A stretch of DNA of 64,000 nucleotides from Nitrososphaeria archaeon. GTDB lineage: Archaea; Thermoproteota; Nitrososphaeria; Conexivisphaerales; UBA164. The notes beneath the pieces are model-generated. The model was given only the letters and a program-made list of their open reading frames with translations, did not search any database and was not told the origin of the DNA. The number at the start of each line of letters is the position of its first letter. Within the stretch, counting starts at the first letter, position 1. Shown piece by piece: positions 48,799-58,277 of this stretch. Location of the stretch: positions 1,836 to 65,835 of the forward strand of contig JAWDMM010000003.1 in NCBI GenBank assembly GCA_046536595.1. Reading direction: 5' to 3'. Position numbers and translations under genes: made by a program.

Positions 48799-50038
48799 TC
48801 ACTTCACCAGTCCTTGCGCATGTAGCGTTTAACCCCATACTATTTAGCTCTAACGCAAAAGCTTCGCAGTTTTCCTGTTCACCGTGAACAAGAATTATTT
48901 TTGGAGAGCCTTTGAGCGACTTGAACATCTGCAAAAGCTGAGACCTGCCAGAATGGCTCGATAGATCAAACTTACCAACCTTGGCGTTAACGCTGTAATG
49001 GTTTCCGTTAAAGTTCAAGCTACCTTCTTCTACCAGCGATCTGCCAGGCGTTCCCTCAACCTGATACGCGACTATAGCTATACCGTTCTTTGGGTCCTTT
49101 GAAATTTTTTTGCTGTAAAATACTGAAGCGCCCCCCATCAGCATCCCGGCTGGAGAAATTATGACTGCTGGCTCTTTTACAATTTTTCTTCTATCTTCCC
49201 ATCCATTAACATAATTTAAGCGCCCAAGAGCGCTTCTTAAAAATTCGGGGTCTCTTAAAAATTGCGGGTTGTTCAGGAGTATGTCGTTTACAGTAAGAGC
49301 CATACCATCCATATAAACGTCATGCTTAAAGTTATAAGAATAAAATATCTCGGCCAGCTCCTGAGCCCTTCCGACAGCGAAAGCTGGAACAAGAACAGTG
49401 CCTCCATCTTCTATTATTTCGTTAGAAAAATCTATGAGCTTTTTTTCTTCTTGTTCTCTTACAGGATGATCCTGCATTGCGTACGTACATTCAGACACAA
49501 TATAATCTACTTCCGGAAGATCATAAGATGCAGGGTTGAGCAACCTCGTTTGTATATGGTTTATATCTCCCGTATACAAAACCTTCTTGCTTCCCTTCAT
49601 GTAGACCATAGAGCTGCCAGGAATATGTCCGGCATTAAAAAATTCAGCTTCAATACCGTTTATGTTAAAAAGTTCTTCATATTCTATTGCTTTGCTCATC
49701 CTAACAAGTTTTTTTACTTCTTGTTGAGTGAACGGAAGCTTATCGCCTGAAATGTTTAATAGATCATAAAGTAGAAGCTCTGTGAGCTCAATAGTGACCT
49801 TTGTAGCATAATGTGGAACGTTCCCATCTATATAAAGATAAGGCTCATAGCCTATATGGTCTAGATGCGCGTGTGTCGTTATCAACGCAGTTAAGTCTTT
49901 GGGTCTTACATGTAAGGGGTGGACTATGTTTTTTCCTGGATTTAATCCATAATCTAAGAGTATGGTTGTGGAATTATCTTTTACTAAAATGCCGGAATTA
50001 CCTATGATTCCTCCGGCACCTAACACTTTTATTTGCAT
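48791..50038 (-). CDS. MBL-fold beta-CASP ribonuclease (aCPSF2-like)
   Basis: THAHLDH, AGHIPGS, ECTY, PAFAVGRAQE, SSHSG, LVHGE. Confidence 0.9.
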   Translation of the reverse strand: MQIKVLGAGGIIGNSGILVKDNSTTILLDYGLNPGKNIVHPLHVRPKDLTALITTHAHLDHIGYEPYLYIDGNVPHYATKVTIELTELLLYDLLNISGDKLPFTQQEVKKLVRMSKAIEYEELFNINGIEAEFFNAGHIPGSSMVYMKGSKKVLYTGDINHIQTRLLNPASYDLPEVDYIVSECTYAMQDHPVREQEEKKLIDFSNEIIEDGGTVLVPAFAVGRAQELAEIFYSYNFKHDVYMDGMALTVNDILLNNPQFLRDPEFLRSALGRLNYVNGWEDRRKIVKEPAVIISPAGMLMGGASVFYSKKISKDPKNGIAIVAYQVEGTPGRSLVEEGSLNFNGNHYSVNAKVGKFDLSSHSGRSQLLQMFKSLKGSPKIILVHGEQENCEAFALELNSMGLNATCARTGEVIE

Positions 50039-50111
50039 TTTACCTTCAGTTTTAACTTTTTGAAAACATTAACTTGCTTATTATTTAATCTTTCTCCAAA
50101 AATGCATTCAA

Positions 50112-50166
50112 CCGGTATTTTTATGCCAAGTTAGGAAGTCCCAGATTTTATGTTTAGGTAGTTCAC
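50112..50166 (+). repeat. Possible ~55 bp remnant of the IS605 mini-element family
   Basis: Follows TTCAA, contains GGAAGTCCC and ends GGTAGTTCAC. Confidence 0.4.
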
Positions 50167-50210
50167 AAAGGTTTATAACGCGCTAAACTACTTAAGTTTG
50201 AGGGAAATAA

Positions 50211-50645
50211 ATGTTTAAAGTGGCATCATCGGGTTGGGAAAAGCTCGATAAAGAAATATCAAGGATGAAAGAAAGCAGTCAAGTCAGCGCGTTGCTTTCA
50301 GTAGAGGTTGTACCTGCTCAGGAAAACATAGATTTGCAGAAAGAGCTTAAAAACGCATCAACCAGCACGGCGGATCTATGCGAGTTTGAGACAGACATTC
50401 ATGAAGACCATGGAGCATTGAACTGCCAAAAGTTGTTAGAAGATGGTTTTTCTGATGTGCTGAAAGACGTAATAAACAGAGTCAATTCGCTGGGAACACT
50501 GTTTGTGGCTGGCTTTCAGGCAGAAATCTACCGCGACCAGGATCTCATAATGATAATGTTTGGAGACAGCTATAACGCAACTGTAATCTATCCACATGAA
50601 AGCGGTAAAAAACTTGAAGTAATGCAGCTTGAGTTTACTATATAA
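50211..50645 (+). CDS. Hypothetical acidic protein
   Basis: 144-aa ORF with ATG, preceded by TATA-like TTTATAA. No recognisable motif. Confidence 0.6.
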   Translation: MFKVASSGWEKLDKEISRMKESSQVSALLSVEVVPAQENIDLQKELKNASTSTADLCEFETDIHEDHGALNCQKLLEDGFSDVLKDVINRVNSLGTLFVAGFQAEIYRDQDLIMIMFGDSYNATVIYPHESGKKLEVMQLEFTI

Positions 50646-50762
50646 AAGTTTCAAGACTGATTTAGTATAAACCTAAAAAAGTAAATAAGGTGCAGCGTGT
50701 GGGCATTTTTTAGAAAGCTCTAAAATAAAATAAAACGTTTATTAGCAAACAATTTTAAGGTT

Positions 50763-51938
50763 ATGAAGGTGAGTAAAATGGAAATTAAGAGGAAGTCTAT
50801 AATGCTCCCAGGCCCCGTGGACGTCCCTGATGACGTTTTGATGTCGATGAGCAAGCCTGTTATAAATCACAGGGGGGAAGAATTTCATCAGCTTATGTCA
50901 AACATAGAAAAGATAAGCAAGGAGCTTTTTAAGACCAAGTACAATGTTATAGTTCTCTCATCCTCGGGTACTGGTGGTGCTGAATCTGCTGTTATGAACA
51001 TCATAAGACCAGGCGACAAAGCAATAGTGCCAGTATTTGGAGAGTTTAGCGGCAGGTTAGCGCAACAGATAGAAATGGCCAGAGGCAAAGTTGTTAGGGT
51101 CAATGCGCCTTTTGGGACGGCTCCTTCTGTAGAACAGATTGAAAAGGCTGCTTCTGAAAACAAAGACGCCAAGGCCATATACCTTGTCTATAACGATACT
51201 TCGCCGGGAACTACTTACAGGTATGCAAAAGAATTGGGCGAAATAGCTGAAAAATATGGCATGTTTTACGTAATAGATGCTATATCTGTGTTTGGAGGAG
51301 ACGTCCTTCCGATGGATGAGTGGCATGCTGACGTCGTGATAGCAGGAAGCCAGAAATGTCTTTTCACGCCGCCGGGTTTGGCCTTGGTTGGCGTAAGCGA
51401 CGACGTAATTAACTATGTGAGGAAGGACCCACCATACTCAACGTACTTTAACTACGCATCATATGTGGATTTTCTTGCAAAATATGAGACACCATTTACT
51501 CCAGCTCTTCCATTATTTTATGCTCTGGAAACTGCGTTAGAGAAGATAGCAAGTGTAGGATTGGAAAGGACAATCCAAAAACACATGATAGGAGCTCAGG
51601 CCTATTATAGCGCGTTTGAATCGATGGGTCTTAAGCCATTTGTTGATGAAAAATTCAGATCAAACGTCGTGATATCTATAAAGTACCCACAGGGAGTTGA
51701 TGACATAAAGTTTAGAAAATATCTTGAAAATAATTATAATATCGTTATAACTGGCGGCTTTGGTGAGCTTAAAGGAAAAATATTCAGAATTGGTAACATG
51801 GGCATCATAGAGCGCTCTAAGATTCTGCCAACCATCATAGCTGTAGGTTATTCAATGATAGCGCAAGGCATAAATGTTAATGTTGAAAAAGCTATAGAGG
51901 TGGCAGAGGAAAAATTAAAGGGGTTAGATAATATTTGA
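50763..51938 (+). CDS. Class V aminotransferase (serine-pyruvate/alanine-glyoxylate type)
   Basis: MLPGPV, HRG, SGTGG, VIDAISVFGG, GSQKCL..PPG, FRIGNMG. Confidence 0.93.
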   Translation: MKVSKMEIKRKSIMLPGPVDVPDDVLMSMSKPVINHRGEEFHQLMSNIEKISKELFKTKYNVIVLSSSGTGGAESAVMNIIRPGDKAIVPVFGEFSGRLAQQIEMARGKVVRVNAPFGTAPSVEQIEKAASENKDAKAIYLVYNDTSPGTTYRYAKELGEIAEKYGMFYVIDAISVFGGDVLPMDEWHADVVIAGSQKCLFTPPGLALVGVSDDVINYVRKDPPYSTYFNYASYVDFLAKYETPFTPALPLFYALETALEKIASVGLERTIQKHMIGAQAYYSAFESMGLKPFVDEKFRSNVVISIKYPQGVDDIKFRKYLENNYNIVITGGFGELKGKIFRIGNMGIIERSKILPTIIAVGYSMIAQGINVNVEKAIEVAEEKLKGLDNI

Positions 51939-52609
51939 ACCAAAATTCGTTGATATTAATAAACTATACAACTAAAATAAAAGAAACAGGAGAAGTAATA
52001 GAGACAACTATAGAAGAAGTAGCAAAGGCTAACAAAATCTACAAAGAAGGAGCAAAGTATGAGCCGAAGCTCATTGCTGTTGGTAAAGGCTGGATACTTA
52101 AAGCACTTGACGAAGAAATACAGAAGCTTAACGTAGGAGATAAAGCTACGATTGAAGTACCTCCTGAAAAAGCATTCGGAAACCGTGATCCTTCAAAGAT
52201 AAAGGTTATACCTCTGAGAAAGTTTGGGGAAAAAGCAAAAGACGTAAACGTTGGTGACCAAGTTGAATATAATGGACAGGTCGGAACAGTAATTTCTATA
52301 AATAGTGGTAGGGTTCAGATTGACTTTAACGATAGACTAGCTGGCAAAACTCTAATATATGAAATTGAAATAATTAAGGAGATAACCGATCTGAACGAAA
52401 AGGTGGAAAAGCTAATTCAGAGAAGGATAGAGATACAGAACCCTGTATATAAGGTCGATCAGGGTAAAGTCAGGATTGAAATTCCTGAGCAGTATTTTCT
52501 TACGGATGGCCTTCAGTACATAAAGAGAGCAATAGCGAACGATATTCTTGATATAATTCCAGAGATAAGTCAAGTAGAGTTTGCTGAAATATACGCTAAA
52601 AAACAATGA
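51935..52609 (+). CDS. FKBP-type peptidyl-prolyl isomerase (SlyD-like)
   Basis: VPPEKAFG.RD, IDFN..LAGKTL. Confidence 0.92.
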   Translation: MNQNSLILINYTTKIKETGEVIETTIEEVAKANKIYKEGAKYEPKLIAVGKGWILKALDEEIQKLNVGDKATIEVPPEKAFGNRDPSKIKVIPLRKFGEKAKDVNVGDQVEYNGQVGTVISINSGRVQIDFNDRLAGKTLIYEIEIIKEITDLNEKVEKLIQRRIEIQNPVYKVDQGKVRIEIPEQYFLTDGLQYIKRAIANDILDIIPEISQVEFAEIYAKKQ

Positions 52610-53880
52610 AAATACTTTTTAAAGGAAAGTATTTATTAACTGATTATTTAAACGAACCTTTAAAAGATTTTTCAGTTCTTGTCGAAGATAAAAAAATAGT
52701 TAAAACAGGAAAAACAGATAAGCTAAGGCCAGAGGCAGAAGACGTCTACGACCTGGGTAACGTTTTGATAGCGCCGTCTTTTGCAAACACTCATTCTCAC
52801 GTTGGAATGGTGGCCTTAAGAGGTATAGGAGAAAATAAAACCCTCTATGATTGGTTGCAAGAGGTTTGGAAGATAGAGTCTAAACTTAACTACGAATTTC
52901 TTTATCACGCAAACATTCTGGGCCTTGGGGAAATGATAAGCTCAGGCGTTACAGCCTTCCTCGATTTTTATGATATACCGCCAATGGTAAGGGCCGTTAA
53001 GGCGATAGGTTTACCTGTTAAGGTAAAGCTTGGGTTGGCTTTTATGGACAGGGTTCCCTACATGAAAGAAGAAAGCTGGAAAAGGCTCAGAAACATAAAA
53101 AACATTTCAGCTGATCTTTTGAAGGATGGTTTTGAAGTCTTCATTTCGCCTCATTCACTCTACGCAGTAAGTGAGGAAATGTTAAAAGAGCTCTTCAGCA
53201 TGCAGGGTTTCAGGTATCAGATGCACTTTGCTGAAAACAGAGAAGAACTTGCAGAAATAAAGAAGGCTTATGATAAGAGCCCGGTTGAAATTCTGGAAAA
53301 AATAGGTGCTATAGATAAATGGCTTATACTAGCTCACGCAGTGCACCTTGAAGTCAATGAACTCAGCAAGCTTTCTCGAAATAATATATTTGTTTCTCAC
53401 TGCCCTTTTTCTAATTCTAGGCTAGCAAGCGGCATAGCTAAAATAAACGAAATGAAAAGGTTTGGAATACAGGTTAGCATTGGGACGGATGGTCCAGGAA
53501 GTTCTGAAACTCTTAACATTTTTAACGAAATAAGGCTTGCAGCGCTTTTATCCAGAGCCTATTCAATGAGCGTTAACATTTCTATAAAAGAAGTAATGAA
53601 GATGGCTTCCCACTATGGACATATTGCTCTAGGATTGGACTCAGGCGAAATAAAACCAGGAAAAAACGCAGACTTTATTGCATATGATCTGAATAAGATT
53701 TATCCGTCATGGGATCTGGTGGCTTCTCTTGGCTATCAAGGGGGACCCGAAATCGTGAAGGACGTGATATCTGATGGATCTTTCTTAAAGAAAGATGGGA
53801 AGCTGTTATTTTATGATCTGTACAAAGAAAGTTTGATTAAGGTTGATGAATTTATATCAGGTAGAGGCGAAAGGAATTAA
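52606..53880 (+). CDS. Amidohydrolase (MtaD/DadD-like methylthioadenosine/SAH deaminase)
   Basis: NTHSH, MHFAE, AHAVH, HCPFSN.RLASG, GTDG. Confidence 0.88.
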   Translation: MKILFKGKYLLTDYLNEPLKDFSVLVEDKKIVKTGKTDKLRPEAEDVYDLGNVLIAPSFANTHSHVGMVALRGIGENKTLYDWLQEVWKIESKLNYEFLYHANILGLGEMISSGVTAFLDFYDIPPMVRAVKAIGLPVKVKLGLAFMDRVPYMKEESWKRLRNIKNISADLLKDGFEVFISPHSLYAVSEEMLKELFSMQGFRYQMHFAENREELAEIKKAYDKSPVEILEKIGAIDKWLILAHAVHLEVNELSKLSRNNIFVSHCPFSNSRLASGIAKINEMKRFGIQVSIGTDGPGSSETLNIFNEIRLAALLSRAYSMSVNISIKEVMKMASHYGHIALGLDSGEIKPGKNADFIAYDLNKIYPSWDLVASLGYQGGPEIVKDVISDGSFLKKDGKLLFYDLYKESLIKVDEFISGRGERN

Positions 53881-53888
53881 GCCATATA

Positions 53889-54905
53889 ATGGAACTGCCT
53901 GAAATTGTTATAGTAGGGGATAACACATTCAACAAAGATAATTTATCAAAATTAATAAAGAAAAAAGCCCTTTTGCTTACAGGACCTAACGTAAGCGGAT
54001 TATTTACTGAAAAAATCGATACAGCGTTAAGAGGATTTGAATATGAAAAGGAGGTTGTCTATGCATCAACGTACGATGAGGCTGAAAGAATATATAACAG
54101 ATGCTACGGCAAAGATTTTGAAGCGGTAATAGGTTTTGGAGGGGGTAAGGTGCTGGACGTTGCAAAGTACGTAGGATACAAAACAGGGATCCATGTGATA
54201 AGCGTGCCAACTTCTGCTTCGAACGATGGCATAGCTAGCCCTTTCTCTTCTTTAAAAGGAGGGACACATCCTTATTCAGTTAAAGTTAAACCTCCCCGCG
54301 GAGTAATAGTTGATCTTTCTGTGATAATGAAAGCTCCTAAGAGGTTCATACTAAGCGGTTTGGGCGATCTTTTGGGAAAGTTCACTTCGATCAGGGATTG
54401 GAAACTTGCCTGGATTGAGAAGAACGAATACTATGGAGAATACGCTTCTAAGCTGGCATATGAAAGCGCAAAACACGCAATGATAAGCACAAAAGGAATA
54501 GAGCTTTTAAAATACGTTTCGGTAAGGAACCTTATGGAAGCGTTGATAAGCGCAGGAGTTGCAGGTGGCATAGCGGGAAGCAGCAGACCATTAAGCGGCA
54601 GCGAGCACCTTGTATCTCATGCGCTTGATGTCATAGCTCCTGAAAAAGGTACACATGGCGAAAAAGTAGCCCTGAGCACCGTTTTTATAGCTTACCTCTA
54701 CGGGATTAACTGGAGAAAGATCAAATCAAAGATCCAGGAGGTGAGCTTACCTTCATCTTTTTCTCAGATAGGAATTAAACGTGAGGAAGTTGTCGATGCC
54801 GTTCTTATGGCCCCTTCGTTGAGGCCTGAAAGGTACACTATACTTCATAAGCTTAACTTGACAAAAGACACAATAAATAACATACTTGATGAGATAAACA
54901 TTTAA
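53889..54905 (+). CDS. egsA: sn-glycerol-1-phosphate dehydrogenase
   Basis: GFGGGKVLDVAK, SNDGIASP, SRPLSGSEHLVSHALD, HGEKV. Confidence 0.95.
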   Translation: MELPEIVIVGDNTFNKDNLSKLIKKKALLLTGPNVSGLFTEKIDTALRGFEYEKEVVYASTYDEAERIYNRCYGKDFEAVIGFGGGKVLDVAKYVGYKTGIHVISVPTSASNDGIASPFSSLKGGTHPYSVKVKPPRGVIVDLSVIMKAPKRFILSGLGDLLGKFTSIRDWKLAWIEKNEYYGEYASKLAYESAKHAMISTKGIELLKYVSVRNLMEALISAGVAGGIAGSSRPLSGSEHLVSHALDVIAPEKGTHGEKVALSTVFIAYLYGINWRKIKSKIQEVSLPSSFSQIGIKREEVVDAVLMAPSLRPERYTILHKLNLTKDTINNILDEINI

Positions 54906-54929
54906 TATTAATTTCTTGATATTATTATT

Positions 54930-55571
54930 ATGCAGGGACTTGACATAGCTCTTGATTTAATAGAAGAAAAACTTGTTGCTCTTAACAGGACACCGATAAT
55001 AGGCTTGGGAAGCGGGAGGACCGCATCAAGAGTTTTAAAAGAACTCGGGAAAAGGTTGAACAACAAGAATATAAGGCCTGTAGGCGTTCCTACTTCAGGT
55101 CAGATAAAGCTTGAGGTTCTTGATTATTATCTTATATCAGAACCAAACTTTAGCTTTCTCGACTTAGTAATCGACGGTGCAGACCAGGTGTCAAGCTATA
55201 ACGGATACATAATAAAAGGCGGTGGAGGGGCACTTACAAAGGAAAGGATAGTCTGGGAACTTTCTAAAGAAAGGCATGTTTTTGTATCACAAGATAAGGT
55301 AGTTGAAAAGCTAGTTTACCCTTTACCAGTTGAGTTTATTCCATTTTCTTACTTTCTGGTAAAAGACAGCCTGATAAGGCTAGGGCTTAAACCAAGTTTA
55401 AGGGTTGACTCACGGGGCTATCCTTTTATAACCGAAAACGGGAATTATATATTCGATGCTTCATATTCTGAAAACTCTGACCTCAAAAGCGCTTATGAAG
55501 AGATAATCAGGATACCTGGTGTTCTTGATGCTGGCCTGTTTATTTATGACATAAATCTTCATGTAATTTAA
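54930..55571 (+). CDS. rpiA: Ribose-5-phosphate isomerase A
   Basis: IGLGSGRT, IDGADQV, IKGGGGAL..E, ITENGNYI.D. Confidence 0.95.
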   Translation: MQGLDIALDLIEEKLVALNRTPIIGLGSGRTASRVLKELGKRLNNKNIRPVGVPTSGQIKLEVLDYYLISEPNFSFLDLVIDGADQVSSYNGYIIKGGGGALTKERIVWELSKERHVFVSQDKVVEKLVYPLPVEFIPFSYFLVKDSLIRLGLKPSLRVDSRGYPFITENGNYIFDASYSENSDLKSAYEEIIRIPGVLDAGLFIYDINLHVI

Positions 55572-55825
55572 CTGGCAGGCGAAGGGGGGGAAAGTCCCCT
55601 TGCACGAGGGGGAAATAAATAGCCCCTATAGAAACGTTTTTATTATGAGAAAATATTACATTATTGATGCCCAACCTAGAAAAGGAGAGGCTTTCCCTTT
55701 GGAGCATAGGGGAGACGCCAGGCTATGGAAAACGCCCCTGCGATGGTGGAATACTTGCAAAGTATTCCGCAGGTAAGCATATCGATGAACCGGGAAAACA
55801 AGCTCGTAAGGGCGGGGTAGTTCAC
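55572..55825 (+). mobile_element. Non-autonomous IS200/IS605 mini-element, copy E2, between rpiA and the next gene
   Basis: TTTAA (includes the rpiA stop) | CTGGCAGGCGAAGGGGGGGAAAGTCCCCTT ... TCGATGAACCGGGAAAACAAGCTCGTAAGGGCGGGGTAGTTCAC. Collinear with E1. Confidence 0.85.
55666..55825 (+). ncRNA. Putative TnpB omegaRNA scaffold (guide would continue into 55826-55845)
   Basis: Same hairpin order as E1 with changed but still pairing stems, e.g. GGAATACT-TGCAA-AGTATTCC. TATA-like TTTTATTA at ~55637-55645. Expression is inferred. Confidence 0.65.
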
Positions 55826-55826
55826 A

Positions 55827-56159
55827 GTGAGTGAAGACATGGTTTTTAAATTGGCCCAGTACATAATAGAGCAGAAGGAGAGCCTTACTCCTCAAGTTCT
55901 TTCTGAATGGTATAACATAATTAAGGAAGATTATATCAAGATCGCACCAGAAGAACTGAAGGATAAACTTGAAATCGAACAGGATCCGATATTACCTATG
56001 AAGTTTAACATTAAGGTAAGCAAAAGGGCTATAGAGTATTTTATAGCAGCGGTAGAAAAAAACCTTAGCAAGATGCCAAAGCCGACTCAAATATATTTCA
56101 TGAAAGTCGAAGAGCTTGTGTTAAAAAGATATGAAGAAGAAGTTAAGGGAAAAAGTTAA
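55827..56159 (+). CDS. Hypothetical protein
   Basis: 110-aa ORF with GTG start 1 nt after the element's right end. Contains 'QDPILPMKF'. Confidence 0.75.
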   Translation: MSEDMVFKLAQYIIEQKESLTPQVLSEWYNIIKEDYIKIAPEELKDKLEIEQDPILPMKFNIKVSKRAIEYFIAAVEKNLSKMPKPTQIYFMKVEELVLKRYEEEVKGKS

Positions 56160-56189
56160 TAAGAAGTATAGTTAAACTGAGCTGATTAG

Positions 56190-56915
56190 GTGAAAAAGTT
56201 GAGTTATAACAATTACGTCTCTATATACCCAAAAAATGCGTCGTTAAAGGGTAAAACTCTAATAAGCGGGTTTCACGGTATAGGCGCAACAGGTTACTGG
56301 ACTGTAAAGTATCTAGTTCAAAAGCTTTCCGTAAAGAGATGCTGCATAGTTGATTATGAAGACTCCGCACCGGTTTCTACCCTGATCAACGGCATGATAA
56401 GCACGCCTTATGAAATTTTTGTGCACGACAACATAGCTATATTTAAGGTTGACGTCCCTGTACAGAAAGATAAAGAATTAAAGTTTTACAGAAGCTTTGC
56501 GGATCAGATAATCAAAAAAGGCGTTAAAGAGGTATTCCTCGTTGGGGGGTTAGATTCTACCTTGAAAGCAGATGACAGCAGGTACAGGATTGCAGCAACA
56601 AGCGCATACAAGCTCAGGGGAATACTTTCTGATGCTAAGCCTTTGGAAGACGAGCATATCATAGTCGGACCAGTAGCTATACTCTTAAATTATTTTGAGA
56701 TAAAGAATTTTCCAGCAGTAGCTCTTCTCGTTTATGCTTCTCCTGATAGAGTAGATCCCAGAGCCGCAAGCGTTGCTGTTGAAACGCTGTCAAAATATTA
56801 TGGCTTTGAAGTAGATGTCACTCCACTTATAAAAGGAGCAGAAACAATTGAAGCAGAACTAGCAAAAGAAACATCTCAACAGGAGTTTAAGCCACCCACA
56901 AACATATATACTTAA
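56190..56915 (+). CDS. PAC2-family proteasome assembly chaperone
   Basis: LISGFHGIGATG, VFLVGGLD, PDRVDPRAA. Confidence 0.88.
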   Translation: MKKLSYNNYVSIYPKNASLKGKTLISGFHGIGATGYWTVKYLVQKLSVKRCCIVDYEDSAPVSTLINGMISTPYEIFVHDNIAIFKVDVPVQKDKELKFYRSFADQIIKKGVKEVFLVGGLDSTLKADDSRYRIAATSAYKLRGILSDAKPLEDEHIIVGPVAILLNYFEIKNFPAVALLVYASPDRVDPRAASVAVETLSKYYGFEVDVTPLIKGAETIEAELAKETSQQEFKPPTNIYT

Positions 56916-56938
56916 AAGAATTAATCATAAACGTAAAA

Positions 56939-57664
56939 ATGTTAGCAGGAAAGCTGTTTAGAATAAACACAGAACAGAGCGTCGCATTTATAGCGGAGAA
57001 GCTATCAAGCTTTAAAATAACAAGAGAAGACGAAGAAACGCACGTCCAGTTAAATTTTGAATTTTCTGTAGATGGATACGATGTGTCGTCCCTTAACGGC
57101 ACGATCTACTATGATAAAGTTATAAAAGTAGGAACAAAAGAGGGGTACAAACCTGAGGTTTCAACGATAAAGGTCCAATTTTTCGTAAAAAACATAGAAG
57201 GGTACTATTTCCTTTTCATACTTGCAAAAAAGCCTTTGGCCAATTATCTGGCAAACGAATTTAGCAAAGCCGTGTTTATTAGGCCCGGTTATGTAGTTGA
57301 GGCAAGAATCGACCCCAATATATTTCTAGATTACTATAACAAAAGCCTCGAAGAGACGAGGGTTGCGTACTTTGACCAGATAGACATACCAAACGTAAAC
57401 GTCCTCGCGCTTTACGGAGATGCGCTTTCCCAGACCGATCTTTTTAAAATGTACCAAGAACACGGACTTTTATGGTACATAGTGGTCAGGGCAAAAAGCA
57501 TATCGCAAATAATAGGGTTAACCAGAAATTGTGTTATAACAATGTTTTCAAGAGGCACGGTAGATGATATAGTAAAGTATGCCTTTGAAGAGGTAGCACC
57601 GCTCGTAATAGAAAGTTATAACAAGAAAAAGCAGGAAAATGAAGAAGAGAACAAAAATGCTTGA
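56939..57664 (+). CDS. Hypothetical protein
   Basis: Intact 241-aa ORF co-oriented with the PAC2 gene. No motif assigned. Confidence 0.7.
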   Translation: MLAGKLFRINTEQSVAFIAEKLSSFKITREDEETHVQLNFEFSVDGYDVSSLNGTIYYDKVIKVGTKEGYKPEVSTIKVQFFVKNIEGYYFLFILAKKPLANYLANEFSKAVFIRPGYVVEARIDPNIFLDYYNKSLEETRVAYFDQIDIPNVNVLALYGDALSQTDLFKMYQEHGLLWYIVVRAKSISQIIGLTRNCVITMFSRGTVDDIVKYAFEEVAPLVIESYNKKKQENEEENKNA

Positions 57665-57742
57665 ACAGTTTTTTGATCAATAACTTTTTGTTAAAAACCA
57701 TTCTGAGGTAATTTTATAAAACAGCCGATGAATGATTAGATT

Positions 57743-58273
57743 ATGCAAATAGGGATAGCTGCTCATAGTGGGGATGTTCCAGAAGCGCTCATTAAGGAAA
57801 CACAAAAACTCTTGGAACTTATAAAGAAAGATTGTGAAGATCCAGTTTTGCTCCTAGGAGGATATTGGGGTTTAATGAAGACAGTTGTGGATCAAGCTTC
57901 CAAACTTAATTTAAGGGTTTTGCTTTTGCTTCCGATTGAAAACGAAAACGTCAGAGTTCCTAAAGGCGTCTATCTTATAAAAACTGGCGAAGAGTACAGG
58001 GCTAGGTCTGTGCCTATGGTCAGATCTTCCGATTTTTTGATAGCGCTTGGAGGTAGCTCGGGAACCATGATTGAAGCGCTTATGGGTTATGCTATGGGAA
58101 AGGAAGTATTTGTTTTAAAGGGAAATGGAATGCCTTCGGACAAGCTAGAAAATTTGGGAGAGTTTCCTGATCAAAGAAAGAATGGAAGACTCAGATTTTA
58201 CGATAGTGCTGAAAAGCTTGTTAATGATCTTTGCAATTCAAGCGCATCAAAAGAGATAAGCGAAATAGGTTAG
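57743..58273 (+). CDS. LOG/SLOG family protein
   Basis: LLGGYWGLM, RSVPMVRSSD.LIALGGSSGTMIE. Confidence 0.88.
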   Translation: MQIGIAAHSGDVPEALIKETQKLLELIKKDCEDPVLLLGGYWGLMKTVVDQASKLNLRVLLLLPIENENVRVPKGVYLIKTGEEYRARSVPMVRSSDFLIALGGSSGTMIEALMGYAMGKEVFVLKGNGMPSDKLENLGEFPDQRKNGRLRFYDSAEKLVNDLCNSSASKEISEIG

Positions 58274-58277
58274 AGAC

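Noticed and set aside
55667-55834. 55-aa ORF (MPNLEKERL...) running through element E2
   Set aside because: The equivalent frame in E1 stops after 16 codons, and conservation follows RNA stems rather than codons. It is treated as a by-product of a relic start codon.
55656-55895. Minus-strand ORFs 55656-55895 and 55676-55864 in the track
   Set aside because: They are antisense to element E2 and have no protein motifs.
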